Translations under genes and position numbers: made by a program
Origin: a virus
Virus record (IMG/VR): IMGVR_UViG_3300045988_111499
Location: 1 to 58,860 of that record
Length of the DNA stretch: 58,860 nt
Reading direction: 5' to 3' (one strand)
Shown here: positions 53,601 to 58,860 of the stretch, piece by piece
How the letters are laid out: every line of letters begins with the position of its first letter
How positions within the stretch are numbered: position 1 is the stretch's first letter
The notes under the pieces: model-generated
Told to the model about the DNA's origin: nothing
Databases searched by the model: none
The model's input: the letters and a program-made list of their open reading frames with translations, nothing else

Positions 53601-56600
53601 AGGCAACAACACCCGCCGCATACAGAGATGAAGTCCGTCAAATGGCAAATGTCACGGCTCAGAACCTCTACAACGAGTTCCGCATAGAAAACACAAACCC
53701 GCTGTATGATGAGTTCAACGATGCATATAACCACATCAAGAGCCTTAAATTCAAGATGACCGACGCTGTAAAAGACGACTTCGGCAAAGAAGCATACAGT
53801 GACTTCTACAAGAGAGCAAGAGGAACATTAAAGCTCCGCGTTAACGACGGTATGGCAGTAGACGAGCTGTGGGGCGAACTGTGCAACCTCTATCCTTACT
53901 TTTTCAACGAAAGCACCACAAACCCAAGAGAGATGATGGAGCAGATATACGAGGTTCAGTCTTCGCTAAAGAAAACTCCCGGACATCCGTATTACGACAT
54001 GAGTTCTGAAAACACAGACATATTTTCAGAAGGTGAAGACACCGCAACAGTAAACTCTATAGCGGACGCTCTTGTAGCAGCATACCTTGAAAACGCCAAG
54101 CCTACAGTTGCGGCAGAAAACAAATCACTGCGGAACGAAAACAAACGCCTTGCAGAAGAAGCCAACGCAGCAAGGGGAGAAGCCGCCGACGCAAAAACCA
54201 CGCTTAAAGTAACTATGGACTGGAATCAAGCCGAACTGACTAAAATGTACGGAGATTTCACGCGCCAAATCAGCGAAGAACAAAAGCAGCTGCAACAAGC
54301 AAACAGAAAAATCGAACGCTTGACAAACAAGGTGGAAAGAAAAAATGTAAACATGGCTCAAAAGACAGCTCTCAAGGAAATAGGCAGGTTGCATGAGATG
54401 TTTACAAATCCCACTAAGCAGAAGCACATTCCGCAGAATCTCAGAGCGGCAGTCGGCAGTTACCTCACATCTTTGAACAACACAAAGCTCTTGAACGGCA
54501 AAACCGTAAATTCTCAAGAAATAACTGAAATACTACAATCAGAGCGTGAGAAAATAAACAATGAAGCCGCCAAGGTCATCAACACTTTGTCAGGCAAATT
54601 CACAACTGATTCGGAACTGTATCAGGGTAGGTCAACAAGGCAGATAGAAGCACTGAAATTTGAACTTGACAAATTAACCGAGCTTGCTAACGAAAGCCCA
54701 AACAGCGGAATTGATTCTTCTAATAATGCCGATTATATCAGAACTGTCACAGACCTTACAAGAATGGTGAACTACCTCGTCAAGCAGTCAAATGACTTCT
54801 TCACGGGAACAAGGAAAGTCGAAGCCGAAACCTTTGCGAAGAGCTGGATTGACGAACTTTCCGGTCACAAAACACGTATCGGTGAGACCGGATTTGAGCG
54901 AAGCCAGTTCAAAAAGCTGCTTGACGGAGTAGGCTACAGTTTCATGTCAGCGGACTTGTTCTTCTCGACGATGGGAGAACCCGGCAAGGAAATATCAAGC
55001 TGGTACAGAAACGCTCAAACGCGTCAGGTGAAGATGAAGCAGGAGTACGGAGAGTATATGTCCGAGCTTCTGGGAGACAATTACAGCACCATCTCCGGAA
55101 GCACACAGGCGAAAAAGAACCTGATTGATGTGAAGATTCATGGCAACGACGTAAAAGTATCGAAAAATCAGCTCATGTCATTGTATCTCACATGGAAGAG
55201 AGCGGCAGGTCGCAGACACCTTGAAAACGGCGGAGCGGCATTCACAAACGCAAACAACGAGACAAGCAAAGTTTACGTTATCGACGAAGCAACATATAAC
55301 ACACTCATGGAAAAGCTGACAGCAGACGACAAGAGAATAGCAGACGGCATAGGAAAGTTCTTATCGGAAAACTGTTCGGAATGGGGCAATGAAGCTTCAA
55401 TGCAGCTCTACGGAATCAGGCTTTATGAAGACAGCAACTACTTCCCGATTCGCACACCAAGCGAACTGCGAGACACAAACTTCTCAAACCTCGCAGATAC
55501 GCATACCATAGAGAACTCATCGTTCACCCACAAGCTCAACAAAAACGCTAACGCCGCCGTAGTCATTGGAGACGTGTTCGATATAGCAGACAGGCACGTA
55601 AACGATATGTCAGCTTATTCAGCATATGCGCCGCTCAACAACAGCATGGAAAGAGCCTTCAACGCCAACGGATTAAAGCGTGCGCTAAGTTCAGCATACG
55701 GTAACAATGGCGTAAAGTATATGCAGGACTTCATCGACAAAATTAACGGAAACGAACCAAAGCGCACCACAGGAGAGAACGCAAACAAGGTTCTCAATTT
55801 CATCTCCAACAATGCGAAGAAAGCGGCAGTTTCGGCTAACATTTCGACAGCATTGAAGCAGCCGTTGTCTCTCGTAAGGTCGTGGCTTGTCATAGACCCC
55901 AAATACACCCTCGCCGCGTATGCCCAAATAAGACCAGGCGTAAACAACATAGTTAAGCAAAGCAAGGAATACAACAGAATCCTGAACACCATGAACGAAT
56001 ACTCCGGTATTGCCGTGATTAAGTCACTGGGATATTCGGACACGGGAATAGGAACTACCACACGAGAAACCTATGACGAGCAAAGTCTCAAATCTGCTTA
56101 TAATAAAGCCAAATATATTAAGCAGTCAGCCGAAGACATTGCAATGAGACCCGCCGAATTTGCGGATGAAATCACATGGGTGCGTATGTGGAAAGCGTGT
56201 GAACTTGAAGCTAAGGCAAAATACGGCAATACATTGTCTACCGATGAATTTAACAGACACGTCGCAAACAAGTTCAATGAGATTATCGGCAAGACACAGG
56301 TTGTCGATTCGATTCTCGACACTGCACCGATAAGCACCAATAGGTTTTTCAAGACGCTGTACCCGTTCATGAACGAACCTGTAAAGACCGCAGCAACACT
56401 CATCTCAGCGGCGGAAAACGTCAGAAACGGCAAAGCAGGAGCGAAAAAACAATTAACAAACGCTATCGGCTGCTATGTTATCTCGAACTTGTTACTTGAG
56501 CCTATAGTCTCATCTCTCATCGGTATGTGGAGACACGATTCGCCCAAAGACCCCGAAGACTTCGCAAAGAAATTTTTGGAAAGATTTATAGGCATTAAAG

Positions 56601-57664
56601 CCGACGGCGAAACAAAATGGACGGACATATTCTCTTCTAACGTCGCTGACGGTTTATTTGCAGTCCCGTATATCGCTCAAATTTATGATACAATCGCAAA
56701 CAAGTTTAACAATTTTGACCCAGAGCGAATGGATTTACAACCAGTAGCCGACTTAGTAGGAAACGGTATGTACTTTTTCAACAGTCTTTCCAAAGAAGAC
56801 TATGAAAACCAAAAAACAAAGGCGAACTACGCCACCGACATGATAGCTTCATTGGCACAGATTCTCGGCATCCCCGGTTCTACTCTTAAAAGAGATTTGT
56901 CAGCTATAGCAAGAACAGCTGTAGACGCAACAGGGGCTTATGTGGCACAGTGGGAACTCAACAAAGTTTACTACAACCTCGGTAACGTAACCGCAAGAAC
57001 GAACAAGAACTTCTATGACATCATGGCGAAAGCGTACAATGCCGGAGACACAGAAGCCTATTCGTATATGCTGAGAGACCTTCGTTCCATTCAGACAGGT
57101 GCAAAAGCGTTCGGTGTGCCGTACAACAACATTAATAAGTACATCACCGAGCACGGCGCGAAGATAGTAGAAGGCACGGATATGTGGTATGTGTCACTGC
57201 AAGCGGAATACGACCTGAACACTTTCGTTCCGAATATGAAAGTTGAAAAACTTGTAACAAGTGTTTACCAAAAAGCAAAGAATGAGAAACTCGACAATTA
57301 CGAAAACGCAATCTACAAAGCTCCCACAACGAAAGCAAACGCTACGTTCAGTGTGAATAAAGAAGATTACGAAATGACACTTGAAGAATTCGACAACTAC
57401 ATCAGAAACACAGGAGACTTTGCTTACAAGATTACAAACGCACTTCCGTCAAATTACAAGTGGTCAAGTCTGAACACAGCACAGCAGCTCTACGCGCTTG
57501 AGAAGACATACGAATTCTCGAAGGCGTATTGGAAGAAAAAGCTCAAACCCGAATATTCTTCTAAGTCAAATTGGATGGATGAGCTTTGCGACAACAAGGT
57601 CGACTTCCAAACTTACGCACGCGTCATAATCAATCAAGCGAAAAAATACTCGCCAAAGGATTAA
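47612..57664 (+). CDS. Giant 3,350-aa multi-domain protein (polyvalent-protein-like): Gly-zipper hydrophobic N-region, zincin HEFTHH, ART-like H-Y-E module, long uncharacterised C-terminal half
   Basis: Single uninterrupted ORF. HEFTHH at 50063-50080. VVYHGT (His 53039-53041), GIYFT (Tyr 53102-53104), GILHE (Glu 53273-53275). Confidence 0.9.
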   Translation: MATKKYKNSELGELGKYLEESSKKKETDSSNASSALSNSSSVQRYDNLGESLNNYLQKSSGVIRKNDYVNALNAQRKAIGAAVKSAVNSATSSRLPSEISDAEREAIAETTKIARFKESEREEAAKRAKLNWKRQTSPVVNDLNDVTDAIDYVYKSQHNAGIQGWEDMVGGINAIGAGVLGGVKQLTSAISGDETAQKAVLNDTAGAWSDAFKKSYADYVNKNSSEDASAAAQYEIERTHPKQAEKGKYSVTQIAKNVTSNAARMAPQIAMSAATGKLAGDLAGRIVGATLLGAQSSVGSYREAKEEGASDRQAADFAGLEFLNQGFGDIVIGGIGGATFGLLDKPMSVLAGAITKTPIAKTIIQASGNIAGEGLEETGQNYLTTLNKRLTYKPDDEFDVDSAVYEGVLGGINAAILGTPKTYSQYKVNRAAYDTVNSLSTAASRVSSEQDAKVISDMADQISKGADEVIADSKTETADKANAEYIKRGVEEVKKKLNENSANIVKNNQSVLEKTQEIIRTHKTSDAESLSELVNAVKESGYGGNSNNAVNNTVDYVNELIIEQNQVAKTAESIASMQDGQISEDAQTAAVQKQKANEALEYTNTVIPQLKSISENLRSKRSEINARLKLDENTETAATQDVKQEVNTQTTATDTSANATAEAQQTQTNTTERVSNSAYHSETAENIRSTYEGRNIKETAENIIKAHGNVRSAVDYVHDVYAKSGGSNADASTKEYIRALDSEIRKANKPLLEKNIKRIETLLKEYGVKNVEIDESITPLTDDGKSVWGMAHYNRGTGRIYVSPYADGKAIIGSKIVHEFTHHAAKADNSLVGDILKAARESKVFNKEIKLADGTTTTTVDNLTRLVKENYADEINEYIATSTNLSRYKVLVGMGKSEADAARIVADEFKASHAEEYNSIVDEYVNEDTAAYVMEFLNQEKNEDILSQLIKDNRPLWKRILDKIEDFIAKITGKTEAREYQKAADKIREILGNEIDAKVENTGSFKAIQQQIKNGNSKIGNTPDGRKFSMELNVDESNGLFAIHNLTADSFMKSYELGGFAMPSIAIARSDVGHSNFGDISLVFASDTINPANPDNKVYSADAWTPTFPKIEYEANSKVTDKLRDKYYELYGKFGHEKISALYPYGNYFEEQLNTDGGVDGIISKQSNNPQMMQVYLADTQGKTVDSVVKETKTTLPSEQVEQSEFIIDKLGADTVNEMRPQANESPISARKRWMSEHGDAFKAAYTDYLMQSGLTSEEAQNAIDNMTKAQLLSQMVKARNYLANGAETVKSEVDTEATNNAIKEAVNQEDYLKWLHSLFDGGEKKSGVPNGKEPYTRNGNQRPFSATHYPVTLDNIVLSMKSQGDGNTKNATSVFVGSKTIRAESAAEYSSLDEIRADKGRLAHRTPEEAKAAWDEFDNRLSAIINRIMDAESGIDNRFIEQDRIGSVLAEASRNNTEANIKKVLTQYKLTPTVAADFKALVDDIKSAPVDIFEAKPERVVGLDEVKYAIVPSDINSDVTTALNNAGIETKTYENGNEADRLKVLNTLSDVRFSKQLDTDTSSKITQADVEQLRSIGRKSIFEFTSEDIQKSEKWAKKFYSELGTKSPFFRAWFGDWRENDTGTYKAVKASGSSYSGAGRAHNTDMGRDISWGSSLTRETQNHAVKSKIAVSALGDIQSVVENSIYLDTNISEKSSNTKMQNTAFMHSLYTVYESNGQKYLLKLFVEEALPNKGGEPFSRAYELKDIEKIADLSGGVLSQKGGLTEDKSTTSISISDLYALVKGYDKDFKSQPSSKVVNTDGTPKVVYHGTTANFTEFKPSNGALGKGIYFTDSKDFAKGYTYQNGVAVGNVMECYLDIKNPYIVKYADNYDTDALREKGYDGILHEATGMYVAFDPTQIKSVDNIGTFDKGKGDIRYSKELMTAEEKKKVRQAERAAYLERQLVSTAPLGGKAKAVSPTAKAAVAKKIASGMPGVSTAQVNEQLTKFFEVIEHPKATTPAAYRDEVRQMANVTAQNLYNEFRIENTNPLYDEFNDAYNHIKSLKFKMTDAVKDDFGKEAYSDFYKRARGTLKLRVNDGMAVDELWGELCNLYPYFFNESTTNPREMMEQIYEVQSSLKKTPGHPYYDMSSENTDIFSEGEDTATVNSIADALVAAYLENAKPTVAAENKSLRNENKRLAEEANAARGEAADAKTTLKVTMDWNQAELTKMYGDFTRQISEEQKQLQQANRKIERLTNKVERKNVNMAQKTALKEIGRLHEMFTNPTKQKHIPQNLRAAVGSYLTSLNNTKLLNGKTVNSQEITEILQSEREKINNEAAKVINTLSGKFTTDSELYQGRSTRQIEALKFELDKLTELANESPNSGIDSSNNADYIRTVTDLTRMVNYLVKQSNDFFTGTRKVEAETFAKSWIDELSGHKTRIGETGFERSQFKKLLDGVGYSFMSADLFFSTMGEPGKEISSWYRNAQTRQVKMKQEYGEYMSELLGDNYSTISGSTQAKKNLIDVKIHGNDVKVSKNQLMSLYLTWKRAAGRRHLENGGAAFTNANNETSKVYVIDEATYNTLMEKLTADDKRIADGIGKFLSENCSEWGNEASMQLYGIRLYEDSNYFPIRTPSELRDTNFSNLADTHTIENSSFTHKLNKNANAAVVIGDVFDIADRHVNDMSAYSAYAPLNNSMERAFNANGLKRALSSAYGNNGVKYMQDFIDKINGNEPKRTTGENANKVLNFISNNAKKAAVSANISTALKQPLSLVRSWLVIDPKYTLAAYAQIRPGVNNIVKQSKEYNRILNTMNEYSGIAVIKSLGYSDTGIGTTTRETYDEQSLKSAYNKAKYIKQSAEDIAMRPAEFADEITWVRMWKACELEAKAKYGNTLSTDEFNRHVANKFNEIIGKTQVVDSILDTAPISTNRFFKTLYPFMNEPVKTAATLISAAENVRNGKAGAKKQLTNAIGCYVISNLLLEPIVSSLIGMWRHDSPKDPEDFAKKFLERFIGIKADGETKWTDIFSSNVADGLFAVPYIAQIYDTIANKFNNFDPERMDLQPVADLVGNGMYFFNSLSKEDYENQKTKANYATDMIASLAQILGIPGSTLKRDLSAIARTAVDATGAYVAQWELNKVYYNLGNVTARTNKNFYDIMAKAYNAGDTEAYSYMLRDLRSIQTGAKAFGVPYNNINKYITEHGAKIVEGTDMWYVSLQAEYDLNTFVPNMKVEKLVTSVYQKAKNEKLDNYENAIYKAPTTKANATFSVNKEDYEMTLEEFDNYIRNTGDFAYKITNALPSNYKWSSLNTAQQLYALEKTYEFSKAYWKKKLKPEYSSKSNWMDELCDNKVDFQTYARVIINQAKKYSPKD

Positions 57665-57683
57665 TAACACCTCCAAACAGAAA

Positions 57684-57716
57684 AAGGCAGTCGATGAAAT
57701 ACTCGATTGCCTTTTC
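57684..57716 (+). terminator. Rho-independent terminator after the giant ORF
   Basis: AAGGCAGTCGA-TGAAATAC-TCGATTGCCTT followed by TTCT. Confidence 0.7.
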
Positions 57717-57821
57717 TAATATTTTTATTGTTTTCGGCACGAAGCTGTTGTATTTTCCAGTTGCCGGTGATATAATAGCTTTGACTGTATGGGTGAAACA
57801 AAAATCGAAAGGAATAAAATC

Positions 57822-58860
57822 ATGGCAACACCCAAGAAAACAAAAAACGGATGGACAATTCTCGTTTATGCCGGGATAGACGAGAACGGAAAGAAGAGGT
57901 ATCAAAGACTAAGCGCACCGACAAGAAAAGAAGTGGAAAAGCTTGCGTCGGAATTCGACAAAGAAATGGACGGACACAGCGCGTCGAACATCACAATGAC
58001 CGTAGGAGACGCTGTAGACGCGTATATAGCCGCAAGAGAGACAGCAGGATATTCACCCAAGACAATACGCGAATACAAGGCATACAGGCGCACAGCACTT
58101 CAAGGATTGGTTGACATTAAGCTTTACTCCGTGACAGACGAGATGATTCAAAAGGAGATAAACAAAGCCGCTGTCGGTCACTCGCCGAAGTCTGTCTCTT
58201 TGTGGTGGGGACTGTTCGGAGCGGCAATACGCCAGTACAGAAAAGGATATGCCCCATCTGTGCTGTTGCCAAGCGTGAAGCGAAAACCCGTAGAAGTGCC
58301 GGACGAAACGACAATAAAGAAAATGTTCGCGGAGCTGAAAGGAGACCCGCGCGAAGTCCCGATTATACTCGCTTCCGTGTGCGGTATGAGAAGAGGGGAA
58401 ATATCCGCACTGGATTTAAAAAATGATATCGACTATCAAAAAGGACTTGTGTATGTAAACAAGGCATATACAAGAAACGAGAACAACATATTTGAACTCA
58501 AAGAACCGAAAACCGAAGCGGGAAAAAGAGTTATATCAATTCCGCAGTGGGCGGCAGAAAGACTTTATGTTTACTCAAACAAACATAATTTCAAAATGTA
58601 CAACCCCAATCAGATAACACAAATGTACGCCCACGTAAGAAAAAAGTATAACCTCACCTGTACCTTCCACGGTTTGAGACATTACTACGCGTCAATCATG
58701 CTTGCCCTCGGAGTACCAGATAAGTACGCAATGGAAAGAATGGGACACAGCACAAATTCAATGCTCAAGCATTACCAAGAATCGGTAAAAGAAAAAGATA
58801 TTGAAATCAATAACGCAATGAATGACTACTTCTCTCGATTAGATGAGACAACAAAAAAGA
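57822..58860 (+). CDS. int: Tyrosine recombinase / phage integrase (runs off the window end and continues at 1-130)
   Basis: ATG 57822 follows GAAAGGA. Not in the ORF track because there is no stop before the window end. Motifs seen: AGKRVISIP (Arg), HGLRHYYAS (H-x-x-R), MGHSTNSMLKHY (His...Tyr). Confidence 0.85.
   Translation, partial: MATPKKTKNGWTILVYAGIDENGKKRYQRLSAPTRKEVEKLASEFDKEMDGHSASNITMTVGDAVDAYIAARETAGYSPKTIREYKAYRRTALQGLVDIKLYSVTDEMIQKEINKAAVGHSPKSVSLWWGLFGAAIRQYRKGYAPSVLLPSVKRKPVEVPDETTIKKMFAELKGDPREVPIILASVCGMRRGEISALDLKNDIDYQKGLVYVNKAYTRNENNIFELKEPKTEAGKRVISIPQWAAERLYVYSNKHNFKMYNPNQITQMYAHVRKKYNLTCTFHGLRHYYASIMLALGVPDKYAMERMGHSTNSMLKHYQESVKEKDIEINNAMNDYFSRLDETTKK
58742..58860 (+). 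repeat. Terminal overlap copy 2 (identical to 1-119)
   Basis: Direct comparison of window ends. Confidence 0.95.

Larger units (their letters stand above)
1..58860. mobile_element. Complete temperate phage genome, circularly closed (unique length 58,741 bp)
   Basis: 1-119 is identical to 58742-58860. Integrase plus tRNA-fragment attP are present, with full head, lysis, recombination, replication and lysogeny modules. No host housekeeping genes seen. Confidence 0.9.

Noticed and set aside
47612-57664. Giant ORF as a tape-measure protein or a virion RNA polymerase (N4/crAss-type)
   Set aside because: It lies outside the tail/fibre module and no tube or sheath genes exist, so a tape measure is unlikely. 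I could not find T7-like or double-psi-barrel (DxDGD-type) polymerase motifs by eye. This needs profile searches before any such call.
1-58860. Genome-wide stop-codon (TAG) reassignment, suggested by the TAG at 31540 and a phage tRNA cassette
   Set aside because: terL, portal, capsid, the fibres, recT and the 3,350-codon ORF are all intact under the standard code. Neither tRNA element has a CUA anticodon. Only the single local TAG remains unexplained.

Overview
The window is a complete temperate phage genome assembled as a circle. Bases 1-119 are identical to 58742-58860, so the unique length is 58,741 bp. The junction falls inside a tyrosine integrase gene (start 57822, wraps, stop 128-130). 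Just downstream of int are a tRNA 3'-end fragment (202-226) and a terminator, the likely attP core. Minus strand 485-19817 is the late module: terS, terL, portal, scaffold, capsid, connector-like proteins, several fibre proteins, M23 endolysin, holins, then a 4-gene accessory block. I recognise no tail tube, sheath or tape-measure gene, so a short-tailed virion is inferred. 19947-20370 is an AT-rich repeat region upstream of terS. Plus strand 20776-45945 is the early module:
- RHH-controlled consensus promoter and acidic early proteins.
- DUF1351-like / RecT / MBL recombination set.
- SPP1 G38P/G39P-like replication pair with the origin iterons inside the initiator gene.
- dUTPase, HNH, RusA-like, SPFH protein, SSB, and many Cys-rich small ORFs.

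A lysogeny and conversion island on the minus strand (24312-27702) carries XRE regulators, a membrane protein and two YHYH proteins. It is interrupted by a plus-strand tRNA-like element plus tRNA-Gln(UUG). A separate two-gene unit (46137-57664) encodes a 485-aa N/Q-rich protein and a 3,350-aa ORF with zincin (HEFTHH) and ART-like (H-Y-E) motifs.

The most unusual points are:
- The giant ORF.
- Three T-poor non-coding repeat islands (23438-23681, 36104-36381, 36844-37275) next to two paralogous proteins of unknown family.
- An in-frame TAG splitting a conserved small gene.
- A (NNT-GGC)x37 hexamer tract encoding 37 X-Gly dipeptides.

All functional calls come from motifs read by eye. No database search was run.
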